Assembly: GCA_965223855.1 (NCBI GenBank)
Contig: CBDCXM010000009.1
Location: forward strand, 512,001-576,000
DNA length: 64,000 nt
Direction: 5' to 3'
DNA from: Candidatus Multivoradales bacterium
Lineage (GTDB): Bacteria; Acidobacteriota; Thermoanaerobaculia; Multivoradales; JAHEKO01
Part shown: in pieces, positions 27,432-37,417 of the stretch
Layout of the letters: each line of letters opens with the position of its first letter
How positions within the stretch are numbered: the stretch's first letter is position 1
The notes under the pieces: model-generated
Told to the model about the DNA's origin: nothing
The model's database searches: none
The model's input: the letters and a program-made list of their open reading frames with translations, nothing else
Translations under genes and position numbers: made by a program

Positions 27432-27812
27432 ATGTCGCTCGACCGCCGTCAGCTGCTCCTCGGGGGCGCCACCGGGCTCGGCCTGCTGGTCGTCGGCGGC
27501 TGCCGGCGGGAGCCGACCGAGCTGCTCATCGACGAGCTCGTCGATCTGGCGATCACTCGCGACAGCCTGCGCGCCATCGGCCGTGCCTATCTCGACGACC
27601 ACCAGCCCGGCACGCTCGAGAGCCTCGCCGCGCGGATGGCCGCCGACCTCAAGTGGCAGGGCCGCGGCGATACGAAGGTCCTGTCCGAGCGCCTGATCCG
27701 CCGCATCCGCGACGACTTCCGCGAATCGAAGACCGTTCGCGTGCGTGGCTGGGTACTGGCGGAGACCGAGGCTCGCTGGGCCGCGGTCGTCACGCTCGCC
27801 TCCCCCGGCTGA
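27432..27812 (+). CDS. Small Tat-signal (lipo)protein
   Basis: DRRQLL twin-arginine motif, VVGGC; C-terminal DDF..VRGWVLAETEA. Confidence 0.7.
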   Translation: MSLDRRQLLLGGATGLGLLVVGGCRREPTELLIDELVDLAITRDSLRAIGRAYLDDHQPGTLESLAARMAADLKWQGRGDTKVLSERLIRRIRDDFRESKTVRVRGWVLAETEARWAAVVTLASPG

Positions 27813-27854
27813 GCGGCCGCGTCGATGGCGCCCGGGAGGTAGAATCCCGCCTTC

Positions 27855-29210
27855 ATGGCTCCACAACGCTACGTGGTGATAGGGGCGGGGGAGGTCGGCT
27901 TCCACCTCGCTCGGTCGCTCTCCGGCGAAGGGCACGAAGTCACCGTCATCGAGATCGACGCCGCCAAGCGCGAGCGCATCGAGGAGGAGCTCGACGTCGA
28001 GGTGGTGGCGGGCAACGGCGCCCAGCCGCAGGTGCTCGCCGAGGCGGGCGTCGAGGCGTGCGACCTGCTGATGGCGGTGTCGTCGTCCGACGAGGCGAAC
28101 CTCGCGGCGGCTCACATCGCCAAGCATCTCGGCGCCAGCCGCACCGTGGTGCGGGTCGGCGAGGCGGACGAGGTGATCAGTGACCGGCGGCTGCTGGAAC
28201 AGGTGTTCGGGGTCGATCTGCTCCTGTCGACTCAGCTCCTGACGACGACGCGGATCCTCAACCTGATCCGCGGCCACAACACGATGGCGGTCGAGTACCT
28301 CGCCGGCGGCAAGGTGCAGTTGCGCAAGATCCGTCTCGACAGCGACTCGCCGCTGACGCAGAAGCCGCTGCGCGAGGTTTCACTCCCCAACGACAGTCTC
28401 GTCGTCGCCTACTTCCGCGGCAAAGAGCTGACGATCCCGTCGGGAGACGATCGGGCAGAACCGGGCGACGACGCACTCCTGCTCGGCACGACGGCGGTGA
28501 TCCGCGAAGCGGAACGGATGGTGTCGAGCAGCCAGGAGGTGGTCGGCACGGTGGTGATCGCCGGTGGCGGCCGTACCGGGCGCACAGTCGCCCGGGCGCT
28601 GCAGTCGTTCGACGCCAAGGTCAAGATCATCGAGCGCGATCGCAGCGATGCCGAGGAGCTGGCGGCGATGTTCCCCGCCTACCAGGTGCTCCATGGCGAC
28701 GCGACCGACTTCTCGCTGCTTCAGGCGGAGCGGATCGACCTCGCCAACATCTTCGTCGCCCTGACCGGCAACGACGAATCGAACCTGATGGCGTCGCTGC
28801 TGGCCCGCGATCTCGGCGTGCCGCGCGAGCTCGCGCTGGTGCACCGCGCCGAGACGTCGCACCTGTGGCGGCGGCTCGGACTGCATCACGTGTTCAGCCC
28901 GCGGGCGCTCGCCTATGCGCGGATTCGTGAGTACATCGACAGCGACTACAGCGCCAATATCGTGTCGCTCGAGCGCGGTGCCGCGCAGGTGATGGAGCGC
29001 CGCCTCGCCCCGGCGAGCCCGGTGGCCGGTGTCACTCTCGCCGAGCTCAAGCCGCCGAAGGGGCTGATCGTGGGCGCGGTCGTACGGGGCGAGAAGGTGT
29101 TCGTGCCCGACGGCAGTCACCGCCTCGAGGCGGGCGACCTGGTGATCCTCTTCGTTCAGGAAGAGGAGCTCGACACGGTCAAGCTGCTTTTCCCCGGTCC
29201 CGCGGCGTGA
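27855..29210 (+). CDS. trkA: Trk K+ uptake NAD-binding subunit
   Basis: Two RCK_N/RCK_C repeats; IGAGEVG and IAGGGRTG. Confidence 0.93.
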   Translation: MAPQRYVVIGAGEVGFHLARSLSGEGHEVTVIEIDAAKRERIEEELDVEVVAGNGAQPQVLAEAGVEACDLLMAVSSSDEANLAAAHIAKHLGASRTVVRVGEADEVISDRRLLEQVFGVDLLLSTQLLTTTRILNLIRGHNTMAVEYLAGGKVQLRKIRLDSDSPLTQKPLREVSLPNDSLVVAYFRGKELTIPSGDDRAEPGDDALLLGTTAVIREAERMVSSSQEVVGTVVIAGGGRTGRTVARALQSFDAKVKIIERDRSDAEELAAMFPAYQVLHGDATDFSLLQAERIDLANIFVALTGNDESNLMASLLARDLGVPRELALVHRAETSHLWRRLGLHHVFSPRALAYARIREYIDSDYSANIVSLERGAAQVMERRLAPASPVAGVTLAELKPPKGLIVGAVVRGEKVFVPDGSHRLEAGDLVILFVQEEELDTVKLLFPGPAA

Positions 29211-30655
29211 ACTTCCGCGCCGCCCTGCGGTTCCTGGGCCGCCTGATGCTGCTGCTGGCGGCGACGGAGCTCGTGCCCGCGGTGTGCGCCGCCTTCTACC
29301 GCGACTGGTCGGACGTGACCGCGTTCGTCATCGGCGCGCTGCTGACCGCCGTCTGCGGGGCGGTGCTCGCTTTCGTCGGCCGCTCGGCAGGCCAGGTCTT
29401 CCGCCGCGAGGGGATCCTCATCGTCGTCGGCGGCTGGGTGCTGGCGTCGATCTTCGGCGCCCTGCCGTACCTGCTGACCGGCACCTTCACCAACCCGATG
29501 GACGCGATGTTCGAGGCGGTGTCGGGCTTCACGACCACCGGCGCCTCGGTGATGACCGACATCGAGGCGCAGTCGCGGGCGATTCTCTTCTGGCGCTCGA
29601 TGACCCAGTGGCTGGGCGGGATGGGAATCATCGTTCTCTTCGTCGCCCTGCTGCCGGAGCTCGGGCCGGGGGCGCGCTTCCTCTACAAGCTCGAATCTCC
29701 CGGTCCGGCCGCCAAGTCGATCCAGCCCCGCATCCAGGACAGCGCGGCGATTCTGTGGAAGCTCTACCTGTCGCTCACGGTCGTGCAGACCGGGCTGCTG
29801 CTGGTGGCGGGGATGAACCTCTACGACGCCATCACCCACACCTTCTCGACGCTCTCGACCGGCGGATTCTCGCCGCGCAACGCCTCGGTGGCGGCGTTCG
29901 ACTCGGTCTGGGTGCACCTCATCATCATCGTCTTCATGGTGATCGCCGGCGCCAACTTCTCGCTCTTCTACGGCCTCAGGCTGCGGCGCAACTGGAAACT
30001 GTGGAAGGACACCGAGTTCCGGCTTTACGTGCAGATCGTCGCCGGCGCGACGCTCTTCGTCGCCATCAACCTGCTGGCCAACGGCACCTATGAGCGGCCG
30101 TTCCGGGCGCTCCTCGACTCGGCGTTCCAGGTCGCCTCGATCCTCACCACCACCGGGTTCGCGACCGCCGACTTCGACACCTGGCCGACGCTCAGCCGGC
30201 TCTTCCTCGTGACGCTGATGTTCGTCGGCGGCTGCGCCGGCTCGACTTCGGGCTCGATGAAGGTGATGCGGATGGTGATCGGGTTGCGCTACGCCGTGCG
30301 CGAAGCGAAGCTGATTTTCAGCCCCAATCAGGTGCTGCGGGTGTTCGTCGGCGGCAAGCCGGTGCCGGAGAACGTGGTGCGCAGCGTCGCCGGCTTCTTC
30401 ATCCTCTATCTGTCGACCTGGGCGCTGGGGGCGCTCCTGATCAGCGTCGGCGGCCCCGACATCGTCTCGACCGCCACGGCGTCGGCGGCGATGCTCGGCA
30501 ACATCGGACCGGGTCTCGGCGCCGTCGGGCCAACCCAGAACTTCAGCATCTTCGGCGACCCGCACAAGGCGCTCATGGTGCTGCTGATGCTGCTCGGCCG
30601 CCTCGAGGTCTACGCCATCGCCGCGCTTTTCACCCGCGCCTTCTGGAAGGCGTGA
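29207..30655 (+). CDS. trkH: Trk K+ uptake membrane subunit
   Basis: SGFTTTG, STGGFS, TTTGF, GNIGPG, GRLE. Confidence 0.95.
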   Translation: MNFRAALRFLGRLMLLLAATELVPAVCAAFYRDWSDVTAFVIGALLTAVCGAVLAFVGRSAGQVFRREGILIVVGGWVLASIFGALPYLLTGTFTNPMDAMFEAVSGFTTTGASVMTDIEAQSRAILFWRSMTQWLGGMGIIVLFVALLPELGPGARFLYKLESPGPAAKSIQPRIQDSAAILWKLYLSLTVVQTGLLLVAGMNLYDAITHTFSTLSTGGFSPRNASVAAFDSVWVHLIIIVFMVIAGANFSLFYGLRLRRNWKLWKDTEFRLYVQIVAGATLFVAINLLANGTYERPFRALLDSAFQVASILTTTGFATADFDTWPTLSRLFLVTLMFVGGCAGSTSGSMKVMRMVIGLRYAVREAKLIFSPNQVLRVFVGGKPVPENVVRSVAGFFILYLSTWALGALLISVGGPDIVSTATASAAMLGNIGPGLGAVGPTQNFSIFGDPHKALMVLLMLLGRLEVYAIAALFTRAFWKA

Positions 30656-31611
30656 GCGAGGACCGGCAGACCGTCGCAGCCGGGCCGAGCCACCTTCTCT
30701 TTCCCGGGCCGCGGCCGCCGCTGACGCATCTGGGCGCCACGCTGCTGCGCCATGTCGTGCTGACGGGGCTGCGCTACACCGCCTACCATCTCGGGATGCC
30801 GATGCCGGTCAAGGCGCCGGTACGCATCCGCCACCTGAACCTGTCGTTCGACCCCGGCGCCCTCGAGCGGCTGCTCTCGGAGGCCAGGGGCGGGCGAGCG
30901 GTCGCCGGGGCGATCAGCGCGCCCGACGAGCCCGACGACGGCTCGGTGCGACCGAGCGGCGCCGCCTTCTTCCATCGCTGCCGGTTGCGCTGGTGGCGGC
31001 GGCGCCTGCCCGTCGTCGAGGCGCCGACCGTTGAGGCGACTACGGTCGAGCTCGAGAGTGCCTTCCGGCAGCAACTCGCCCGCTGCCTCCCGGCGCTCAA
31101 CGACGCCCTGCTCTCGGAGGTACTCGGGTCGCTGGCCCGGCGGCGGCGGCGGGCGCGGGGACCGCTGCCGCCGACGCGAGGCCCCGAAGCGACGGCGTTC
31201 GTCGGCGGGCGACAGACGAGGCTCGATCGCCTGGGGCCACCCGACCCCTACAGAGAATCGTGGGTGGACGGTGCGCCCACGACCGCAGCCGAGAGAAACG
31301 ACGACCCCGGCAGCGGCCACCGCGACGGGCGCGGCCGGTTCGCGGAGGCCTACCGTGCGGTGCTCGACCGGCTGCGACCGACGCTCCTGGCGCTCGGCCG
31401 CTCCTCCCATGCCGACGGCGTCGCCGGCCACCGCGACGACGTCTTCTTCCTCCCTTCCGACCTGATGGGCGACCTGACCCTGCCCTCAAAGCCCGGCTGG
31501 CTCGACGGCGCGGTGTTGCGCAATCGGGCCGAGTACTTCGGGCTCGTAGAGGCCGCGGACGAGACCACCCTCCGCGCCTGGGAGCTGGCGCCCCTTCATC
31601 CGCATGCCTGA
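30652..31611 (+). CDS. Hypothetical protein
   Basis: Coupled to trkH (GTGA) and to the downstream methyltransferase; DDVFFL motif. Confidence 0.55.
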   Translation: MSEDRQTVAAGPSHLLFPGPRPPLTHLGATLLRHVVLTGLRYTAYHLGMPMPVKAPVRIRHLNLSFDPGALERLLSEARGGRAVAGAISAPDEPDDGSVRPSGAAFFHRCRLRWWRRRLPVVEAPTVEATTVELESAFRQQLARCLPALNDALLSEVLGSLARRRRRARGPLPPTRGPEATAFVGGRQTRLDRLGPPDPYRESWVDGAPTTAAERNDDPGSGHRDGRGRFAEAYRAVLDRLRPTLLALGRSSHADGVAGHRDDVFFLPSDLMGDLTLPSKPGWLDGAVLRNRAEYFGLVEAADETTLRAWELAPLHPHA

Positions 31612-32305
31612 GGCTGCACCCCTCGAGGAGGCCCGCCTTCCCGAGCGGATGGACGATCCACGGCTGCCGCGCGCCGACACCGATCGCGCCCTCGCCGATC
31701 TCGACCGGGTCCATCGCTGGGTCGGGCACCGCGCCCTCTTGAGCGGTTTCGCCCGCGTCATGCGGGCCGGCCTCGGGGAGGGCCGCGTGCTCTTCGTCGG
31801 CAGCGGGAGCGGGGCGGTGGCGCGCGCGGTCGGGCGCTGGCTCGAAGGTCGCGGCCACACGCCGCGGGTGATCGAGCTCGATCGCAAGCTCCTGCACCTG
31901 ACCTACCGGCGAGCGGAGCGTCGCTCGAGGCTGGTCGTCGCCGATGCCCGCCGGCTGCCGTTCCGAGACGGCGCGATCGCCTTCGCGTCTTCGACGCTGC
32001 TCCAGCACCATTTCGACCGGCGCGAGGGGGCGCGGGTCCTGGGCGAGATGCGGCGGGTCGCGAGCCGTGCGGTGGTGGTGAGCGATCTCAGGGCGTCCCG
32101 ACTCGGCGCGTGGCTCGGAACGCTCGTGCTGCGACTTCTCAGGCTCGGCCCGGTGGCGAGCTATGACGGTCGCCTGAGTCTGCGCCAGGCCTGGAGCGAA
32201 GCCGAGGTGCGCACCGCGGCCGGAGACGAGGCGGTGACTTCGCTCGAGCGGCGCTTCCCGTTCCGCTGGACGGCGGTGCTCGCACCGCTCTCCGGGCGCG
32301 ACTGA
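31604..32305 (+). CDS. SAM-dependent methyltransferase
   Basis: ERMDDP N-terminus, VGSGSG, VADARRLPF, LQHHF, DLR. Confidence 0.8.
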   Translation: MPEAAPLEEARLPERMDDPRLPRADTDRALADLDRVHRWVGHRALLSGFARVMRAGLGEGRVLFVGSGSGAVARAVGRWLEGRGHTPRVIELDRKLLHLTYRRAERRSRLVVADARRLPFRDGAIAFASSTLLQHHFDRREGARVLGEMRRVASRAVVVSDLRASRLGAWLGTLVLRLLRLGPVASYDGRLSLRQAWSEAEVRTAAGDEAVTSLERRFPFRWTAVLAPLSGRD

Positions 32306-32369
32306 GCTCCCCGACTGAGCTCCCCTCACTCGCCCCACACAACGGCTGGACACAGATAGTCTTCCGGGC

Positions 32370-33125
32370 ATGAACGACGGCACGTTCGAACTGCCCTCTC
32401 CTCCCTGGATCGTCGGCCATCGGGGAGCCGCCGGTGAGGCCCCCGAGAACACGGTGCCGAGCCTGCTCCTCGCCGTCGATCAGGGTGCGGATATGGTCGA
32501 GTTCGACCTCCAGTTGACTGCCGACGGGGCGCTCGTGCTGCACCACGACTGGACTCTCGAACGCATGGCCGGAGTCGATCGTGCGATCGAGGGCGCCGAT
32601 CTCGACGAGCTGAGCGACCTCGACGTCGGCGGCCCGTTTCGGCGCGAGTCCGCTCCCGTCACCCTCGCGACCCTGGCGCAAGCACTCGAAGCGCTGCCGG
32701 CATCGCTGCCGCTCAACCTCGAGCTCAAGCGCCGTGACGCCCCGGTCGCGGACTTCGCCGACCGCCTCGCGGCGACCCTGCCGGAGCATCGGGCGGTGCT
32801 GGTTTCGAGCTTCGACTGGGCCCTGCTGACGGCGGTTCGCGAGCGCCTCCCGGGGCTGCCGCTGGCGCCGCTCGGCGGGCGGCGCGTCGATCCTGCTGCG
32901 CTGCTCGATGTGGCCGACGAGCTCGACGCCTGGAGCGTCCACTGCCGGCACACCGTCGCCACCGACACGCTGGTCGGTCGCGCGATGGCCGCCGGAAGGC
33001 CCGTTCTGACCTACACTGTCAACGATGGGGCGACGGCACGCGACCTGTTCGACCGCGGTGTCGCCGGGGTGTTCACCGACTTCCCCGGGCGACTGCGGGC
33101 ACAGCTCGCTGCGGAGAAGGGCTAG
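32370..33125 (+). CDS. glpQ: Glycerophosphodiester phosphodiesterase
   Basis: GHRGA, PENT, EFD, HHD, LNLELK, VFTDFP. Confidence 0.88.
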   Translation: MNDGTFELPSPPWIVGHRGAAGEAPENTVPSLLLAVDQGADMVEFDLQLTADGALVLHHDWTLERMAGVDRAIEGADLDELSDLDVGGPFRRESAPVTLATLAQALEALPASLPLNLELKRRDAPVADFADRLAATLPEHRAVLVSSFDWALLTAVRERLPGLPLAPLGGRRVDPAALLDVADELDAWSVHCRHTVATDTLVGRAMAAGRPVLTYTVNDGATARDLFDRGVAGVFTDFPGRLRAQLAAEKG

Positions 33126-34544
33126 ATGAGCGAGCTCCTCTCCTACGCCGTCGTCGATCAGGGGTCCACCGCGACCAAGGCGGCGCTGTGCGATCTGTCA
33201 GGCCGGATCTATCGCCACGCCGAAGAGCCCACCCCTACGAAGCGCGTCGACGGCCGTATCGAGATCGATGCCGAGGCGGTGGCCGATTCGGTCGAACGGT
33301 TGCTCACGCCACTGGTCCACGACGATCCGGTCGGCGCCATCGGTCTGACCTGCCAGCGCTCGACCTGTCTCGTCTGGGATCGCGACAGCGGGCACGCGAT
33401 GACGCCGGCGCTGTCGTGGCAGGACACCAGTCAGGTCGAGGCGATCGAGCGCCTCGCTCCGCATGCGGCGGACGTCGCACGGTTGACCGGTCTGCGCCTG
33501 TCGCCTCACTACGCCGCCTCCAAGCTCGCGGCGCTCCTCGGCGAAATCCCCGACGGCGCACGGAGGGCGGCGGCGGGAGAACTGGTGGCCGGTACCCTCG
33601 ACGCCTTTCTGTTGCAGCGCCTTACCGGCGAGCCGGCGACCGAGCCGGGGCACGCCGGCCGCACCCTGCTCTACAACCTCGACCGCGGCTCCTGGGATCC
33701 CCACCTTTGCGACCTCTTCGGAGTCCCTTCGCAGGCGCTGCCGCTGCTGCGACCGAGCGCCGGCGAGTGGGGGAGCTTCCAGGGAGTGCCGGTCTGCGCG
33801 GTGGCCGGCGACCAGCAGGCGGCCCTGGTCGGCCACGGCGGCTGGCGGGAAGGGGTGGTCGCGGTCCACTTCGGCACCGGAGCCTTCGTCCTCGCCTCGA
33901 CCGGAGTGCGGGTGCGCCGCCACGAGCGCCTGCTGTCGGCGGCCGTCGCCTCGACCGTCGGCGGTCGGCGCTTTCAGATCGAGGGGTCGATCAACAGCGC
34001 CGGGAGCGCCGTCGACTGGGCGCGCCGCTTCGGGAACCAGAGGCTCGACGACTGGGCAGCCCGCGAGCTGGTGCCGGAGAAGCTGCCGTGGGTGATCCCC
34101 TCCTTCGCCGGTCTCGGCGCCCCGTGGTGGCGGCCGCGCCAGCGCGCCTCGATCCACGGCCTCGATCTCACCACCGGCGGTGCCGAGATCCTCGGCGGCG
34201 TGCTCGCCGGCCTGGCGATGCGGGTGGTCGACAACCTGGAGGCGATCGTCGACGCCGGTCAGCTCCCGGAGACGGTCAGAGTCAGCGGCAAGCTGACGCG
34301 ACTGCACGGTCTGGTCGAGCTGATCGCCAACCTCGCCGGGGTGCCGGTCGAGGTCGCCGCCAACGAGGAGCTCGGGCTCACCGGCATCTGCCGGCTCGCC
34401 GCCGCCGGTCTCGGAGGGGGCGAGGAAGGCCTCGGTCGCGCGCCGGCGGCGGGCTGGGTCTGCGAGCCCACCTGGGGCGACGAGCGTCGCAAGGCGCTGC
34501 GGAACCGGTGGCACGAGCTGGTGGGCCGCTCAACCGGCGAGTAG
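33126..34544 (+). CDS. glpK: FGGY carbohydrate kinase, glycerol kinase-like
   Basis: DQGST, QRST, WQD, GDQQAAL, GTGAF, GLGAPWW. Confidence 0.75.
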   Translation: MSELLSYAVVDQGSTATKAALCDLSGRIYRHAEEPTPTKRVDGRIEIDAEAVADSVERLLTPLVHDDPVGAIGLTCQRSTCLVWDRDSGHAMTPALSWQDTSQVEAIERLAPHAADVARLTGLRLSPHYAASKLAALLGEIPDGARRAAAGELVAGTLDAFLLQRLTGEPATEPGHAGRTLLYNLDRGSWDPHLCDLFGVPSQALPLLRPSAGEWGSFQGVPVCAVAGDQQAALVGHGGWREGVVAVHFGTGAFVLASTGVRVRRHERLLSAAVASTVGGRRFQIEGSINSAGSAVDWARRFGNQRLDDWAARELVPEKLPWVIPSFAGLGAPWWRPRQRASIHGLDLTTGGAEILGGVLAGLAMRVVDNLEAIVDAGQLPETVRVSGKLTRLHGLVELIANLAGVPVEVAANEELGLTGICRLAAAGLGGGEEGLGRAPAAGWVCEPTWGDERRKALRNRWHELVGRSTGE

Positions 34545-34575
34545 GTCCCGGCTTGTTCTCACCGGTTCCGGCCGG

Positions 34576-35091
34576 CTACCAGGCGAGCCAGTCGTTGCGG
34601 CGCCACGAGTTCCGCTTGCCGGGGACCGCCGTCAGACCGTGGCTCTCGAGCGCCTCGCCGAGGACGTGCAGAAATTCGTTGCGATCGTCGATCACCCCGA
34701 GGTTGAGATAGAACTCGCGCTCGTTCCCCTTGCGGTCGTGATGCACCAGCCGCAACGCCTGGGTGCCGGGGCGCGGCCCCATCGCCAGCACGTCGGAGAG
34801 CGCCAGCTTCTTCGCACGGAAGAGGTGGAGCGGCTGGTAGGAGAGGGTGTCGCCGTCGACGGTCACCGCGGCGCTGCCGGCGGTCCACCACACCTTGGCG
34901 AGCGTCGCCCAGAAAAGCGAGGTGTAGAGGAGCAGCACGCCGAACGCGCGCGCCGCCGGCACACTCCCCGGTTGACGCAACAGCCAGGAGATCGCCGCCA
35001 GCAGCGCCAGCACGCCGATGCCCCACAACAGCGCTTTGCGGCAGGTACTGCGAACCCAGGGGCGGAACGGGAAGGCGTGGCTCGTGCTCAT
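34576..35091 (-). CDS. Hypothetical membrane protein
   Basis: Two TM helices plus a soluble C-terminal domain. Confidence 0.6.
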   Translation of the reverse strand: MSTSHAFPFRPWVRSTCRKALLWGIGVLALLAAISWLLRQPGSVPAARAFGVLLLYTSLFWATLAKVWWTAGSAAVTVDGDTLSYQPLHLFRAKKLALSDVLAMGPRPGTQALRLVHHDRKGNEREFYLNLGVIDDRNEFLHVLGEALESHGLTAVPGKRNSWRRNDWLAW

Positions 35092-35150
35092 CGACTCTCG
35101 TGGTCGCGGTCGACCCTGAACCGGTCTTCTCGACACCGCGTACTGAAAGG

Positions 35151-35939
35151 ATGATGACACGCGCCACGACTCTCGTCTTCACCGTTCTGGCCGCGATCGC
35201 GGCCCAAGCCCTCGTCTCGACGGAGCCCGTCGAGGCCGACGAGCGGCGCGTGGTGCTGGTCGAACTCTTCACCTCCCAGGGGTGTTCGAGCTGCCCGCCG
35301 GCCGACGAACTGCTGACCGAGCTCGGCACCGACGGGATCGCCGGCGTCGAGGTGATTCCGCTCTCGTTCCACGTCGACTACTGGAACTACATCGGCTGGA
35401 CCGATCCGTTCTCGGCCGCCGAGTGGTCGTGGCGCCAGCGCCGCTACGCCGCCCGCTTCGAGAGCGACCGTGTCTACACGCCGCAACTGGTGGTCGACGG
35501 GGTCGGCGAGTGCGTCGGTTCGCGCAAGAGCGACGTACGGCGCGAGATCGTGGCCGCCGCCGAGCGTGCCCGGGAAGCCCTCGTCGAAGTCGGTGTGAAC
35601 ACCGCGGGAGAGCTGGCCTGGAGCGCCTCACTCGCCGCCGATGCGGCGGGCAGCGGCGAAGTGCTGCTGGCGATCGTCGAGACCGGGCTCTCGACCGAGG
35701 TCGGGCGTGGGGAGAACGCCCGCCGCACGCTGCGCAACGATCACGTCGTCCGCCGCCTCGAAACGCTGGCGACGCTCGCTCCCGGCGAGGATGCGAACGC
35801 CGCGCACGCTCTCGATCTGCCGGCCGAGTGGCGACGCGACCGGCTGCGGGCGGTGGTCTTCGTTCAGGGAGTCGAGACGCTCGAGGTTCACGGCGCGGCG
35901 AGCGCGGCGCTGACTTCTGGACTTACTCCCGAGGGGTGA
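35151..35939 (+). CDS. DUF1223 thioredoxin-like secreted protein
   Basis: VELFTSQGCSSCPPAD, HVDYWNYIGW, YTPQ. Confidence 0.9.
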   Translation: MMTRATTLVFTVLAAIAAQALVSTEPVEADERRVVLVELFTSQGCSSCPPADELLTELGTDGIAGVEVIPLSFHVDYWNYIGWTDPFSAAEWSWRQRRYAARFESDRVYTPQLVVDGVGECVGSRKSDVRREIVAAAERAREALVEVGVNTAGELAWSASLAADAAGSGEVLLAIVETGLSTEVGRGENARRTLRNDHVVRRLETLATLAPGEDANAAHALDLPAEWRRDRLRAVVFVQGVETLEVHGAASAALTSGLTPEG

Positions 35940-37398
35940 CGAAGCGCTCGACGATCCAGTCGCCGACGAGCTTCAGCACCTCCGGCGACATCGTCTCCTC
36001 GATCCTGCCGTACTCGTCCACGGTGCCGCGCTCGGCCCGCTGGAAGAGGTGGTTGAGGCCCGGCAGCTTGCGCACGGTGACGTCGGCATTGCCGGCGGCC
36101 GCGAGCTGCTCCTCGATCACCGGCAGATTCTGATCGGCGTCGACCTGCAGGTCGAGCTCGCCGTTGAGCGCCAGCACCGGCACCTCTACCTCCCGCAGCA
36201 CCGGCCGCGGGTCGTGCTCCAGGAAGTACTGGAACCACGGCGTCAGCAGCCGGTCGAGCTGGGGCTCGATGGCGGCACGCGGATCGTCGCCGAGCGCCTC
36301 ACGCGCCGCCTCGCCGCCGAGCTCGAACTGTTCGAGGGCAAGCGCCATCAGGCGTTCGCGCACCGCGCCCTCCTCGGCTCCCGATAGAGCCGTATCGACG
36401 ATCTCCTCGAGCAGCTCGACCTGGCGATCGAGCGTCGCCGGATCCGCTCCCGCGGCCGCCGCCTGCAGCCGGGTCTGGAGCGGCAGGATCTCGCGCCCCG
36501 AGACTCCGGGGCCCGCCAGCATGACGACGAAGGCGACCGTGTCCGACCGGCTCGCTGCCAGCGGCCCGACCAACCCCCCCTCGCTGTGACCGAGGATGCC
36601 GATCCGGTTGGGCGCGACCTCGGGACGGGCGCGCAGCCACTCGATCGCCGACAGCACGTCGGCGGCGAAGTCCGAGGTGGTCGAGAGCTCGACGCTGCCG
36701 CTCGATCCGCCGACGCCTCGGTCGTCGCTCCGCAGCACGGCGATGCCCCGCCGTGCGAGAGCATCGGCGAGCACCCGGAACGGCCGGTGGTCGAAGAGCT
36801 CCTCGTCGCGGTTCTGCGCGCCGCTGCCGCTGACGAGGACCACCGCGGCGAATGGTCCTTCCCCCGGCGGAATCGTCAGCGTCCCGGCCAGCGTGACGTC
36901 GCCGTTCGCGTAGACGGCTTCTTCCTCGCGGTAGGGGAACGGCGGTTTCGGATCCTGTGGCCGGCCGGTCGTCTCGAGCGTCTCGCGCCCGAGCCGGAAG
37001 CTCAGTCGCGCCGCCCCCTGCGTGAAGGTCCCGGTCAGCTCGCCGTCGACGAGGCGACCGTCGAAGGTCGGGGCGCCCGGCACGCCGTCGATGGCGAAAC
37101 GAGCGCGGTCGCCGTCTACCGTGATCTCGCGCAGCGGCAGACCGAACGCCGATTGGGCCGGAATGTCGATCGTTCCGCTCCAACCAGACGGTGCGGCGGG
37201 CTGGAAGTCGAGCTTGACGACGAGCGGCGCCCCCGGCAGGTCGATCTCACCCTCCCAGTGCCCGGTCAGGTCGACCTCCGGCGCCGGCGCCGGCTCTTCG
37301 GCGACAACCGGTGCCACGACGACCAGTGCCACGACGGTCGTCAGACCCGAAAGCCAGGCTTTCCGCCGCCGAAGATCTGGTCGGTCAGCGCGTTCCAT
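35923..37398 (-). CDS. Secreted alpha/beta hydrolase
   Basis: SGSGAQNRDE, GHSEGG, DLQV, LNHLFQ. Confidence 0.88.
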   Translation of the reverse strand: MERADRPDLRRRKAWLSGLTTVVALVVVAPVVAEEPAPAPEVDLTGHWEGEIDLPGAPLVVKLDFQPAAPSGWSGTIDIPAQSAFGLPLREITVDGDRARFAIDGVPGAPTFDGRLVDGELTGTFTQGAARLSFRLGRETLETTGRPQDPKPPFPYREEEAVYANGDVTLAGTLTIPPGEGPFAAVVLVSGSGAQNRDEELFDHRPFRVLADALARRGIAVLRSDDRGVGGSSGSVELSTTSDFAADVLSAIEWLRARPEVAPNRIGILGHSEGGLVGPLAASRSDTVAFVVMLAGPGVSGREILPLQTRLQAAAAGADPATLDRQVELLEEIVDTALSGAEEGAVRERLMALALEQFELGGEAAREALGDDPRAAIEPQLDRLLTPWFQYFLEHDPRPVLREVEVPVLALNGELDLQVDADQNLPVIEEQLAAAGNADVTVRKLPGLNHLFQRAERGTVDEYGRIEETMSPEVLKLVGDWIVERFVTPRE

Positions 37399-37417
37399 CC
37401 TCGTCTCCCAGGCCGCC

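Noticed and set aside
32300-32325. 13-bp tandem duplication GACTGAGCTCCCC
   Set aside because: Only two copies and no associated element; likely slippage.
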